A stretch of DNA of 64,000 nt from positions 1-64,000 of IMG/VR virus record IMGVR_UViG_3300020180_000010. One strand, 5' to 3'. The stretch is from a virus. Of the stretch, positions 37,397-46,785 are shown in pieces. How positions within the stretch are numbered: position 1 is the stretch's first letter; each line of letters begins with the position of its first letter. Under the pieces are notes generated by a model. The model ran no database searches, was not told the origin of the DNA, and saw only the letters and a list, made by a program, of their open reading frames with translations. Made by a program: the position numbers and the translations under genes.

Positions 37397-39807
37397 CCGC
37401 TACAAGCTTCGCAATTTTCAGGATTCTCCAGCGAACACACGAGAGCTTCCAAATTCTCTTCTTTGGTCCGACCTTCGGTCCGGAGACCTTCAGTCCTGAT
37501 AACCTGGGATTCAATATCACGATCTACCGTTACTTTACTGGCTTCTTTCGGTGCATTGGTTCGGGTATAATAAACAAGCGTTTTAAGTCCCTTTTTCCAA
37601 GCATAAAAGAATGCAGAAGTCATTTTTCCAAAATTAGGATCTTTAACATAAAGATTCATGCTCTGCGATTGACAAATAAATGGCCCACGATCCGCAGCCA
37701 GATCAATGATCACCTTCTGTGATATCTCCCATACTGTACGATAGAGTTCCTTTAACTCAGCCGAAATACTAGGAATCATTTGGATCGAGCCATTCGATGC
37801 AATGATGGTTTGCCGCATCTCGTCATCCCAAAGATTCAGTTCAATAAGATCTTCTACAAGATACTTATTCACCTGGATAAATTCTCCAGATAAAGTTGAA
37901 CGTTTATAGATGTTACTAGTTATGGGTTCGAAACATTCAGTATTACCAAGGATCTGAGATGTTGATGCGGTGGGCATCAATGCAATGCTTAGACTATTTC
38001 TCAATCCATGCTTTTTGATTTTGTTTCGTAATGCATTCCAATCCCATTGATCAGACGGAACGACTCCCCACATGTCTGGCTGAAGAATACCTTTACTTGC
38101 AGGTGAACCTTCGTAAGAATCATACGGACCTGATTGTTTCGATAGATCCGCAGACGTGTCAAGAGCTGCAAAGAGCATAGTTTCGGATATCTTACGGTTA
38201 AGTTCTCTGGATTCAGAGCTTCCCCAAGGATATCGCATCATTGCAAAAACATCAGCCAGTCCCTGGATTCCTATTCCCATAGGTCTGTCACGCATATTTG
38301 AACGCTGTGCCGTTTCTACAGGATAGAATTCATTGTCTATTACTTTATTAAGATTCTCCGTCAAAGCTTTCGTTATATCATAAAGCTTTTGAAAATTAAA
38401 CGTTCGCTTATGTTTCTTTCCTTCTACACATGAAGGCAATGAAATGGATGCCAGATTACAAACGCTTGTATGGTTAGGATCGGAATGCTGAAATATTTCA
38501 ATGCAAAGATTTGATGATTTTATCGTGCCGAGATTTTGTTGATTTGATTTCTTGTTTCCAGCGTCTTTGGCAGCTAGGTAGGGCTGCCCTGTCTCGATCT
38601 GGGACTCCAGAATTGCAGTCCAAAGCTCTTGAGCCTTGACGGTTCGCTCGGCCCGACCTTCGGCTTCGTAACGTAGATAAAGACCTTCAAAGTCTTCTCC
38701 CGAAACATCCGAAAGACCTGGACATTTATTCGGGCACATTAGAGACCATTCCTGATCCTGTTCAACACGTTTGAAAAACAGGTCCGGAGCCCAGATAGCT
38801 AGATTGAGATCGCGACAACGAAGCTCTTCTTTTCCGTTGTTTTTTCTCAAATCAAGAAAATCAAAAATATCTGCATGCCATGGTTCCAAATAAACCGCAA
38901 TACTACCTTTTCGTTTTCCTCCACCCTGGTCAATATACCTGGCAGTTTCGTTATAGTTTCTCAACATCGGAACGATACCGTTGGATACTCCTCCGGTTCC
39001 GTAGATGGGAGAGCCTTTGGCCCGTACGTCATGAATATGGATTCCGATCCCTCCTGCGGATTGGGAAATTAATGCACATTCTTTAATCGTATCGTAAATG
39101 CCTGTTACAGAGTCATCTTTATTGCTGACTAGAAAACAACTTGAAAGTTGATTCTTTGGTGTTCCGGCATTGAATAGTGTCGGAGTAGCGTGGGTAGCAC
39201 GCATACAACTGAGCATTTCATACGTACTGAGAACAGATTCGATATCATTTCTATGGATCTCGATCGCTACCCTCATCCACATATGTTGTGGCCGCTCAAT
39301 AATTTGTTGGCCGGTATGCCTTCCATCTTTCCATATATTGTTTTTCAGTAAATATGAACGTTCAAGCGTCTTGAATCCAAAATAATCAAAAAGATAATCA
39401 CGATTATAATCAATAGAGCTATTCAGAACGCTGGCGTGTTTCTTGGCTATCGCGTACAATTGTTCCGATACGAATGATCTTTTATTTCCAAAAGAATCAA
39501 CACCATTGTATAGTATCTCTACCGCCTCTGAAAATGTATTAGGCGTTTCTTTATGCAGTGCTGAAATGGCGAGTCTCAAGGCAAGTTTATCGTATTCGGG
39601 ATGTTTTGTAGACAGAGAATAAGCAGTCTCGACTGCCAGGCGATCCAGCTCTCTGCTGGTCACGCCATCATAAACGCCTTGAATTACTTTCTGCGCAACA
39701 AGTACCGAATCCACACATTTTAGATCTTTAGCTTTTCCTGATATTCTTTTAGATATTTTTTCAAATTTAACTTGCTCTTTTCGCCCATCTCGTTTAATTA
39801 CAAACAT
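37393..39807 (-). CDS. nrdA: class Ia ribonucleotide reductase alpha subunit with ATP cone
   Basis: VIKRDG, ERPQ, TPTLFNAG, SSCF, SNLCIE, VCNLAS, PTAST, YY, C-terminal CEAC. Confidence 0.97.
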   Translation of the reverse strand: MFVIKRDGRKEQVKFEKISKRISGKAKDLKCVDSVLVAQKVIQGVYDGVTSRELDRLAVETAYSLSTKHPEYDKLALRLAISALHKETPNTFSEAVEILYNGVDSFGNKRSFVSEQLYAIAKKHASVLNSSIDYNRDYLFDYFGFKTLERSYLLKNNIWKDGRHTGQQIIERPQHMWMRVAIEIHRNDIESVLSTYEMLSCMRATHATPTLFNAGTPKNQLSSCFLVSNKDDSVTGIYDTIKECALISQSAGGIGIHIHDVRAKGSPIYGTGGVSNGIVPMLRNYNETARYIDQGGGKRKGSIAVYLEPWHADIFDFLDLRKNNGKEELRCRDLNLAIWAPDLFFKRVEQDQEWSLMCPNKCPGLSDVSGEDFEGLYLRYEAEGRAERTVKAQELWTAILESQIETGQPYLAAKDAGNKKSNQQNLGTIKSSNLCIEIFQHSDPNHTSVCNLASISLPSCVEGKKHKRTFNFQKLYDITKALTENLNKVIDNEFYPVETAQRSNMRDRPMGIGIQGLADVFAMMRYPWGSSESRELNRKISETMLFAALDTSADLSKQSGPYDSYEGSPASKGILQPDMWGVVPSDQWDWNALRNKIKKHGLRNSLSIALMPTASTSQILGNTECFEPITSNIYKRSTLSGEFIQVNKYLVEDLIELNLWDDEMRQTIIASNGSIQMIPSISAELKELYRTVWEISQKVIIDLAADRGPFICQSQSMNLYVKDPNFGKMTSAFFYAWKKGLKTLVYYTRTNAPKEASKVTVDRDIESQVIRTEGLRTEGRTKEENLEALVCSLENPENCEACSG

Positions 39808-39838
39808 TTGTTTCCCGCTAATTAAGTTAAATCATAAG

Positions 39839-39863
39839 ATCGAGCGGTTATGAACTGCTCGAT
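39839..39863. other. 11-bp stem-loop between nrdB and nrdA
   Basis: ATCGAGCGGTT-ATG-AACTGCTCGAT; weak U-tract. Confidence 0.45.
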
Positions 39864-39877
39864 AAAACAGAATCAGA

Positions 39878-40837
39878 TTAAAAATCGCTATCGAAATTGA
39901 TTTTATTTTCAGTAGAGGTGTTTCCGACACCAGCTTTTCTATACTGGCTGACTCTTTTCTCGAAGAAATTTGATTTTCCCTCTAGAGAAATCAGTTCCAT
40001 AAAATCAAATGGATTCTGAGAATTGAATATTTTATTACAACCTAACTGTACAGCCAGTCTGTCTGCAACAAATTCTACATACTGAGTCATGAGTTTGCTA
40101 TTCATTCCGATCAATTCAGTCGGGATGGCATCGGTACAGAATTCACGTTCTAAACTTACTGCATCCTGAATTATTTTATGTACAGTGGTTTCTGGTAAAC
40201 GTTGCCCCATCGAGTACAGCAGACATGCAAAATCAGTATGCATACCTTCATCACGTGATATCAATTCATTGGAAAAACTCAATCCGGGCATGAGTCCACG
40301 TTTTTTTAGCCAATAAATTGAACAGAATGAAGAGGAGAAAAAGATACCCTCTACCGCAGCGAACGCGACCAATCGTTCCTGGAACGATTCTGAACTATCG
40401 ATCCATTTGAGAGCCCATTCGGCTTTCTTCTTTACGATGGGTATTTGATCGATCGCATTGAATAATTTTTCTTTTTCTTCGGTATTCTGTATATAGGTAT
40501 CGATCAATAAAGAATAAGTTTCAGAATGAATTCCTTCCATCATCAATTGGAATCCATAAAAAGCTCTTGCTTCGGGCAGCGTTACATCGTGATAAAAACG
40601 CATCGCAAGATTCTCTCCAACGATACCGTCAGAAGCAGCAAAGAAAGCCAGTACGTAGGATATAAAGTGACGTTCATTATCTGTGAGACGGTGCCAATCC
40701 AGCATATCTCCCGAAAGATCTATTTCCTCGGCGGTCCAAAACATAGCTTCGGTTATTTTGTAAGCCTTCCAGATATCATTATTTTGAATAGGAAATAAAA
40801 CAAAACGTTTACTGTTTTTGGTATGAAGATCACTCAT
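39878..40837 (-). CDS. nrdB: class Ia ribonucleotide reductase beta subunit
   Basis: [37 protein letters not shown]. Confidence 0.97.
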   Translation of the reverse strand: MSDLHTKNSKRFVLFPIQNNDIWKAYKITEAMFWTAEEIDLSGDMLDWHRLTDNERHFISYVLAFFAASDGIVGENLAMRFYHDVTLPEARAFYGFQLMMEGIHSETYSLLIDTYIQNTEEKEKLFNAIDQIPIVKKKAEWALKWIDSSESFQERLVAFAAVEGIFFSSSFCSIYWLKKRGLMPGLSFSNELISRDEGMHTDFACLLYSMGQRLPETTVHKIIQDAVSLEREFCTDAIPTELIGMNSKLMTQYVEFVADRLAVQLGCNKIFNSQNPFDFMELISLEGKSNFFEKRVSQYRKAGVGNTSTENKINFDSDF

Positions 40838-40863
40838 GTTTCCTTATCAAGCTAAGATATGGT

Positions 40864-41493
40864 TCAGATGCGTATCTGATGTCGGATCATGTCGACCGCG
40901 CTATCGAGGGCCTTGACACAATTTGGTCTGGATATTTGTAGTTTTTTGCAGATCTTAGTAATGGAGAGAGGTTTATCTCCATTGAGACCAAACGCCAGAG
41001 TAACGATTGAGCGTTGTTCCGATTCTAGTTTCTGCACAACGTCGCGAACGGCTTCTTGTGTTTGACTGGTTTCGAGAATCAGGTCTGGACAGTATCGGGT
41101 CTCCACCATCACGGGAATCGTCGACTCTTTATGAGGAGTGATGGCTTTTGCATATTTTAATGGATATCTAATAGTCGTGTGTCGGTTAGCGGATCTGGCA
41201 ATACGTGTGTCAATGTATCGATGTGCCCAAAAGAAAAAAGATCCTTTTTTTGCGTTATAATTTTTCATCGATTTAAGAAGGGCTTCAAAACCTTCTTGAT
41301 TCAAGTCATCGTAATTAGAAAATTTCTTATACCGACTCGTTCTCATCGTTACAAGATAGCGAAACTTTGCCATACACAATTCTTCATGAGATTTTAACTT
41401 ATTTAGAATAGTTTTGTTTGGATTGGTAATGGCTTTTTTACGTAAATCATAAAGTTTCTGCATAAGTGTCTGCGCTTCGGTTTCGGTCAACAT
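40864..41493 (-). CDS. sigma70-family RNA polymerase sigma factor
   Basis: Region 2 DDLNQEG..ALL..M..Y..KG.F..WA; region 4 AFGL..KPLS..I...L.ISR. Confidence 0.88.
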   Translation of the reverse strand: MLTETEAQTLMQKLYDLRKKAITNPNKTILNKLKSHEELCMAKFRYLVTMRTSRYKKFSNYDDLNQEGFEALLKSMKNYNAKKGSFFFWAHRYIDTRIARSANRHTTIRYPLKYAKAITPHKESTIPVMVETRYCPDLILETSQTQEAVRDVVQKLESEQRSIVTLAFGLNGDKPLSITKICKKLQISRPNCVKALDSAVDMIRHQIRI

Positions 41494-41510
41494 GATTTGT
41501 CCTTATGAAT

Positions 41511-41532
41511 AAAAAACGCGGGATAGCCCGCG
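41511..41532 (-). terminator. intrinsic terminator directly upstream of the sigma gene
   Basis: CGCGGG-CTAT-CCCGCG-TTTTTT on the minus strand. Confidence 0.8.
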
Positions 41533-41555
41533 GTCTTTCTGAGTCATGATCAGGT

Positions 41556-41567
41556 ATTATCGTCAAT
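41556..41567 (-). promoter_or_regulatory. candidate phage promoter ATTGACGATAAT
   Basis: Identical intergenic 12-mer at 56286..56297. Confidence 0.45.
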
Positions 41568-41575
41568 GATCTTGA

Positions 41576-41776
41576 TTATTTTCTATTCATCTCTTCATCT
41601 AACATTTCAATTACTTGTTCCAATGAAGATCTGACCAATTCAGGATCATCAATCGTTGTAATGAAACGTAATATTTTTATTACTTTGACAAGCATCACGG
41701 CTCGTTGGCTGGAATCTTTTACGATTTCAGCCACGACCCCCGCCGCTGTAATTATCCCGAGCCCAGCCTTGACCAC
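41576..41776 (-). CDS. small hypothetical protein (start uncertain)
   Basis: Fills the gap in the operon. Confidence 0.5.
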   Translation of the reverse strand: MVKAGLGIITAAGVVAEIVKDSSQRAVMLVKVIKILRFITTIDDPELVRSSLEQVIEMLDEEMNRK

Positions 41777-41954
41777 GCAACTGGAACGAAGTTATTGAAA
41801 GGATCCTTTTAGGAGGAGGGGTTGGTTCATGATTATTATTTGCTTCGGCACATTCAGGACAAACCTCCAACGGAGGGTCCTGGATGGACTGCCGTACTTC
41901 AAACGTCCCGTGTACTGAACATTCATATTCGTAAATCATTCGTCTCTCATACAT
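41727..41954 (-). CDS. FmdB-family zinc-ribbon protein
   Basis: YEYEC..HG.FE..Q...D......CPEC...KRILS..SF.L.G.GW. Confidence 0.85.
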   Translation of the reverse strand: MYERRMIYEYECSVHGTFEVRQSIQDPPLEVCPECAEANNNHEPTPPPKRILSITSFQLRGQGWARDNYSGGGRG

Positions 41955-41990
41955 AACAAATAATTAGTTGGTAAAAATCAGGCAAATATG

Positions 41991-42287
41991 TTATCTTCGA
42001 CGTCTTTCGGCAGCGCTTAAATTGCTATGATATTTGGCCTCACCGATCAGATTTGCTAGGACATTTTCGTTTCGACCAGCTTCTCGTTTGAGATCACTTA
42101 TATCTTTTTGCATTTTATTTGTCATTTCATGTCCGGTCAATTCTACAATTCCCTTGCCGGACCCGCCGGATATTAATCTTTTAGATTCTCCATTGCATTC
42201 TGGGCACGGTGGCACCGGAGCGGTAATGCTGTAAAACTGCTCAAATTCTTTCTGACAAACCAAACATTCATGAACATAAGTAGGCAT
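41991..42287 (-). CDS. FmdB-family zinc-ribbon protein
   Basis: MPTY..EC..C..EFE...CPEC....KRLIS. Confidence 0.85.
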   Translation of the reverse strand: MPTYVHECLVCQKEFEQFYSITAPVPPCPECNGESKRLISGGSGKGIVELTGHEMTNKMQKDISDLKREAGRNENVLANLIGEAKYHSNLSAAERRRR

Positions 42288-42295
42288 GCATCAAC

Positions 42296-42351
42296 TATAT
42301 CCGATAGGATCGGTTTATATCCGATAGGATCGACTTATATTCGACAGGAGT
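42296..42351. repeat. intergenic 20-bp tandem repeat, about 3 copies
   Basis: TATATCCGATAGGATCGGTT / TATATCCGATAGGATCGACT / TATATTCGACAGGAGT. Confidence 0.85.
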
Positions 42352-42362
42352 ATTATTATAGA

Positions 42363-42536
42363 TTAGCTATCTAATAATTTAAAAATTCTAGAAACAACTT
42401 CATCTGAAGAAAGAACAGGTTTATGCCTACAGCTTCCATCTGATTCAATATTAGTCCCGCCCTTTAAATAACATAATTCGCATGGTAGTTTGCTAGCAAT
42501 ATTAAATAATTTTTGTTTTAATTTACATTTATTCAT
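42363..42536 (-). CDS. small hypothetical protein (57 aa, not in ORF track)
   Basis: MNKCKLKQKL...PCELC...SCRH...RIFKLLDS. Confidence 0.5.
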   Translation of the reverse strand: MNKCKLKQKLFNIASKLPCELCYLKGGTNIESDGSCRHKPVLSSDEVVSRIFKLLDS

Positions 42537-42546
42537 TAAAAATAAA

Positions 42547-43176
42547 TTACCAAATTGGAATCATTTTTATCAAACGGAGAAATTCTTCATTATTAGAACA
42601 ATTTATTATTTTGCCATGGTAAAACCATTCTTCTGTACCATGGTAAAACCATTCTTCTGTACCGCTGGCATATTCGCAAGCTGGTCCATCTTCTCGATGA
42701 CGTTTGCCATTGAGATACCAGCGTTTAGTGCCATCGGCATATTCAATAGCAGGCCCGTCTTCTCTATGAAGATTGCCATTGAGATACCAATGTTTATCGC
42801 AATTAACATATTCAACAGCCGGACCATCTTCTCTATGAAGTTCACCATCAAGATACCATTTTTTAATACCATTATCAAATTCAATAGCTGGTCCATCTTC
42901 TCTATGAATCTCACCATTCCGATACCATATTTTAGTACCATGGGCATATTCGCAAGCAGGCCCATCTTCTCTATGAAGATTGCCATTGAGATACCAATGT
43001 TTATCGCCATTAACATATTCAACAGCCGGTCCATCTTCTCGATGAAGCTTGCAGTTTAAACACCATTTTTTAGTACCATCGGCATATTCGCAAGCTGGTC
43101 CATCTTCTCTATGAAGCTCACCATTTAGATACCAATGTTTATCGCCATTGGCATGTTCGACAATTTTTATTGACAT
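42547..43176 (-). CDS. HREDGPA 23-aa repeat protein (MORN-variant/YwqK-like)
   Basis: 7 HREDGPA units; tail NEEFLRLIKMIPIW; 24-bp duplication at 42614..42663. Confidence 0.85.
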   Translation of the reverse strand: MSIKIVEHANGDKHWYLNGELHREDGPACEYADGTKKWCLNCKLHREDGPAVEYVNGDKHWYLNGNLHREDGPACEYAHGTKIWYRNGEIHREDGPAIEFDNGIKKWYLDGELHREDGPAVEYVNCDKHWYLNGNLHREDGPAIEYADGTKRWYLNGKRHREDGPACEYASGTEEWFYHGTEEWFYHGKIINCSNNEEFLRLIKMIPIW

Positions 43177-43185
43177 GTGATATTT

Positions 43186-43359
43186 TTATTTTAAATGAAG
43201 ATTTTTCCCGATCATTATGAATTCAATATCCTGTGACCAATTCTTTTTAATGAATTGTTTATATTTCTCAGAAATTACTTCAAACGTAACGAATACTTTG
43301 CCAGTATTTTCATCCGTTTCCACACGAATCGCCTGAGCAACGGTTTCGTATTCTGACAT
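43186..43359 (-). CDS. small hypothetical protein (57 aa, not in ORF track)
   Basis: MSEYETVAQAIRVE...NLHLK; TGATG-coupled to dnaB. Confidence 0.65.
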   Translation of the reverse strand: MSEYETVAQAIRVETDENTGKVFVTFEVISEKYKQFIKKNWSQDIEFIMIGKNLHLK

Positions 43360-44741
43360 CAGAATATTTCTCCCGAGATATCATCAGCTCCTGATATTTC
43401 TCCGGCGTCATCTTGAGGATCATTCTGAAGTCCACAGCAAGCGAAATTCTTAATCAATCTACCTCGTACATTCTCACCGTCACGGTTTTTAATGATATGT
43501 ACGATCATGTCGGGATGCATATTCTCTTCTGGACGCTTTTCAATCTGAAGCGCAACATTTGCGTTCTGAATAATTAATGCAGATCTGCCGATCCTATGGG
43601 CACCGATTTTATCATCTTGAGCCGTATCTTTTCCTTTTTGCATACGATTCAGCTGGACCGCGCTCAACACACATACATTGTAAACACGTGCGAATTCATG
43701 AAGCGAGCCTGATATGGCTCCAAGCTTCAGCCAATCATCCATATCCCCATGGTGTTCCATGAGTCCCAAATAATCCACTACCACAACATCAGGATGGAAT
43801 CTTGCCTTTACATCATTGAAAATTGTTTCGATGCCCTCAATAGTCGCGCCACGCGGAATATCAACGATCTCAAATTCATTCGGGTAACGTTTGATAAATG
43901 CCAATGCCTGACGGACCCGCTCATGCTGGTCTTTTGTCAGAGTACCGTCACGTATCGATCTATACGGAACATCTGCAAGCCTCGAAACAATGCGATTCAA
44001 ACATTGTTCATAAGGCATTTCTAAGGAGAAAAATAGAATATTGTATCCGGTTTTGAATTCAGTGCTACTGATAGTATTTTGCTGTAGCCACATCTGGATG
44101 GCAAAATTCATCAGGAGCATGCTTTTACCGCTCCCGCTTTCGCCCGCTACCAGGAAAAGCTCCGCAGGTCTCAATCCATTTGTTTGGAAATCTAGAAAAT
44201 TATAACCCGTAAGTATCCCTCTACCAAAATTCGGGTCTCTCTGCTTGGCAGAGTAACGATCAACGAAATCCTTAATCGAGTCCTTGAGAGTCTTTTGATT
44301 AAAAGGACTACTTTTGTATAAAGTCTTGATTTTTTCAGTAACGGAATGGATCGCGCTGAGATTTTTTAACGGATCCCCATGAAGTTTTTCATCACTGAAT
44401 ACATTGTCACGCAGCGATAGGAGAAGAGATTCAGCATAACGATCTTTTATTTGCTTCAGATCATGTTTGAATTCTTTATCATTGAGCGGAACCGATTCAA
44501 CCGCAGTCCAGGTTTGTTTTAGATAATCTGCTCTTTGCTGATTATCTTGCCCAGTAAACTCAATCAGAGTACGGAGGGTCGGAAGATCTTTGTAAACTTT
44601 GATATATTGACATACCTGCTTTGCAAAGAGGTACGTATCGGTCTGAAAAACGAACTCTCCGCATTCAGATATGAATTCCGACGCGTTCTTTTTATTCGAA
44701 ATAAGTGTCGCGAGGATCCTTAAATCAAGCTGATCAGTCAT
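43359..44741 (-). CDS. dnaB: DnaB-like replicative helicase
   Basis: TGY..LD, GESGSGKS, FSLEM, VDYLGL, QLNR, KNRDG. Confidence 0.93.
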   Translation of the reverse strand: MTDQLDLRILATLISNKKNASEFISECGEFVFQTDTYLFAKQVCQYIKVYKDLPTLRTLIEFTGQDNQQRADYLKQTWTAVESVPLNDKEFKHDLKQIKDRYAESLLLSLRDNVFSDEKLHGDPLKNLSAIHSVTEKIKTLYKSSPFNQKTLKDSIKDFVDRYSAKQRDPNFGRGILTGYNFLDFQTNGLRPAELFLVAGESGSGKSMLLMNFAIQMWLQQNTISSTEFKTGYNILFFSLEMPYEQCLNRIVSRLADVPYRSIRDGTLTKDQHERVRQALAFIKRYPNEFEIVDIPRGATIEGIETIFNDVKARFHPDVVVVDYLGLMEHHGDMDDWLKLGAISGSLHEFARVYNVCVLSAVQLNRMQKGKDTAQDDKIGAHRIGRSALIIQNANVALQIEKRPEENMHPDMIVHIIKNRDGENVRGRLIKNFACCGLQNDPQDDAGEISGADDISGEIF

Positions 44742-44949
44742 ACTGATCCAGTCTGCTCAGGAGCTAGTCTCGTCAAATACCTTTTAGGTATTGATTCCTA
44801 AGCGCAACGTGCTGGCTGGCGTGACATCCTGGACATATAATTAGGCCGTACCGCGAGAGACAGTGAGTGAGTGCTTTGAGGTTCCGTCATCAGTATGATC
44901 TTTTGCAGATCCAATATCCAGATTTCTCATTGTAGTGATTTTTCTTTAA

Positions 44950-45450
44950 TTACCAAATTGGAATCATTTTTATCAAACGGAGAAATTCTTCATTATTAGA
45001 ACAATTTATTATTTTGCCATGGTAATACCATTGTGTAGCGCCATACTTATGGTCAATAGCTGGTCCGTCCTCTCTATGAAATTTACCTTCAAAAAACCAT
45101 TCTTTGTCACCATTGGCATATTCAACAGCTGGACCATCTTCTCTATGACGCCTACCATTTAGATACCAATATTTGCTACCATCGATATATTCGCAAGCTG
45201 GTCCATCTTCTCTATGAAGCTCACAATTTAGATACCAATGTTTATCGCCATTATACAGTTCAATGGCCGGTCCGTCTTCTCGATGACGTTTGCCGTTCAG
45301 ATACCAGCGTTTAGTGCCATCGGCATATTCAATAGCAGGCCCATCTTCTCTATGAAGTTGACTATTTAGATACCAATATTTGCTACCATCGACTCTTTCA
45401 AATAGCTGACTGCTGCTGCTACTACTTTTATCTTTTCTATGAAGTTTCAT
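44950..45450 (-). CDS. HREDGPA repeat protein
   Basis: 5 units; last 76 bp identical to 42547..42622. Confidence 0.85.
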   Translation of the reverse strand: MKLHRKDKSSSSSSQLFERVDGSKYWYLNSQLHREDGPAIEYADGTKRWYLNGKRHREDGPAIELYNGDKHWYLNCELHREDGPACEYIDGSKYWYLNGRRHREDGPAVEYANGDKEWFFEGKFHREDGPAIDHKYGATQWYYHGKIINCSNNEEFLRLIKMIPIW

Positions 45451-46205
45451 TTTTTGTTATGCATTGTTTTCCTAAAGTCCTCACCAAAAACCGGCACAAC
45501 CTTTACGTATCCCTTCATCAGTGAATCAATGCTTTGTTTGATTGGCCCGGAGAATGTTTCTACAACATTCGGAGAATTTGTACACATGAATGTTGGGAGC
45601 CTATTTTGAGATCGGGTACGGAAGATGTTTTCAAGAGTTCTTCCGAAAAGATCCGATGCATTATCTGTAGGCATGAATCTGGAATCAAATTCATCAATTA
45701 CAAGAAAATCAACTGTAGTTAGTTCTCTCCTTGCTATGTATTTTTCAGATTCTTCCTTAGAAAGCATAGTTGAAACGATATCACTAAGAGTTGTATAAAG
45801 ACCAGAATAACCTTTTAATGTTGAAGTTTTAATGATATTCGTAACTACGGAGCTTTTTCCTACTCCGTGCAGTCCTGCGAAACATAAAGACATTCCTTTT
45901 GTATAAATACCAGGAAGATCTTTGATAATTTCGTAATATTTTTCTTTTAGTTTTGCCTCGCCTTGGAATGATTTCATATCCAGGTCCCAATACTCAACCG
46001 GGACGTTAGATTCGGCGTATCTACGGATTGCGATGGTTCGGTATAGGCAAGATTTGCAGAGACCGTCATTGAGATTATCGGTTATTTTTGTTTTGGTTAC
46101 GGAGCAATCTGGACAAAGCTGGATTATTTGAAATATCTTTTCCAGAATCTTTCTGGGCGGGATATTGTTGAGAGCGCGACTTCTGGTTAAAGTTTGGGAC
46201 ACCAT
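45447..46205 (-). CDS. DnaC/IstB-like AAA+ helicase loader
   Basis: CPDC...CKSC zinc site, GLHGVGKS, FLVIDE, R....PT..TN, GEDFR. Confidence 0.85.
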   Translation of the reverse strand: MVSQTLTRSRALNNIPPRKILEKIFQIIQLCPDCSVTKTKITDNLNDGLCKSCLYRTIAIRRYAESNVPVEYWDLDMKSFQGEAKLKEKYYEIIKDLPGIYTKGMSLCFAGLHGVGKSSVVTNIIKTSTLKGYSGLYTTLSDIVSTMLSKEESEKYIARRELTTVDFLVIDEFDSRFMPTDNASDLFGRTLENIFRTRSQNRLPTFMCTNSPNVVETFSGPIKQSIDSLMKGYVKVVPVFGEDFRKTMHNKK

Positions 46206-46785
46206 ATTGTACCTGCTGAACCTGCATCATTTCATGAGACGTGAGGTTATTACGGATCTCTTCACGATCAATCTCGTTTAATTGCTTACGAAGATCTGCC
46301 AATCGCTCCAATTGCGCCCGGCTTCGGTTCCCGGTCCTGGCTAGACTATTGAACTCATTTTGAAGTTCTTCCCTGGTCTCAGCCAGTTTGTTCGGGACCT
46401 CTGATTCTGAATTTTCAAATAAATCATCAAAAAGGTTTTCTGGAGAGTCGTTAGACTGTGACCTCACGACCTCCACTCCTTCTTGATCAAACTCATCTAC
46501 CCACATTTCTTCTTGTGGGGTTAGTGTCGGTCCCAATAAAGAGGACATGCCTGCATCACGAGCCTGACTCTCTCTAGGGTTGTGATGCGTTTCAGATTGA
46601 GTCGAAGAGATTTCCGACTGAACCTTTACTGCCAAGACATCCTGTTTAGTTTTTAGTATGATAAATGTTCCACCATCGTGAGCCGCCAGAACAGACTCTT
46701 GGTCTGTCCAGGTACGCACGACACCTTCAAACACAACACCGTTACCGAACATCACCTTTACACGTTGACCCGCCAATGGTTTCAT
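46075..46785 (-). CDS. hypothetical protein with possible N-terminal Sm-like fold
   Basis: GQRVKVMFGNGVVFEGVVRTWTD resembles the Sm1 motif. Confidence 0.55.
   Translation of the reverse strand: MKPLAGQRVKVMFGNGVVFEGVVRTWTDQESVLAAHDGGTFIILKTKQDVLAVKVQSEISSTQSETHHNPRESQARDAGMSSLLGPTLTPQEEMWVDEFDQEGVEVVRSQSNDSPENLFDDLFENSESEVPNKLAETREELQNEFNSLARTGNRSRAQLERLADLRKQLNEIDREEIRNNLTSHEMMQVQQVQYGVPNFNQKSRSQQYPAQKDSGKDISNNPALSRLLRNQNKNNR

Noticed and set aside
42296-42351. Mini CRISPR array
   Set aside because: The units are directly adjacent with no unique spacers, and no cas genes are present.
42490-43059. Long antisense and alternate-frame ORFs over the HREDGPA genes (also 42606..43034 and 47526..47780)
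   Set aside because: These are a by-product of a stop-free 69-bp unit repeated in frame.
44773-44890. HNH-like remnant LIICPGCHASQH on the minus strand
   Set aside because: No start codon, preceded by two stops, and too short to support; at most a decayed fragment.
44884-44894. Hammerhead ribozyme core (CTGATGA on the minus strand) in the gap upstream of dnaB
   Set aside because: No stem II followed by GAAA and no flanking stems could be built.
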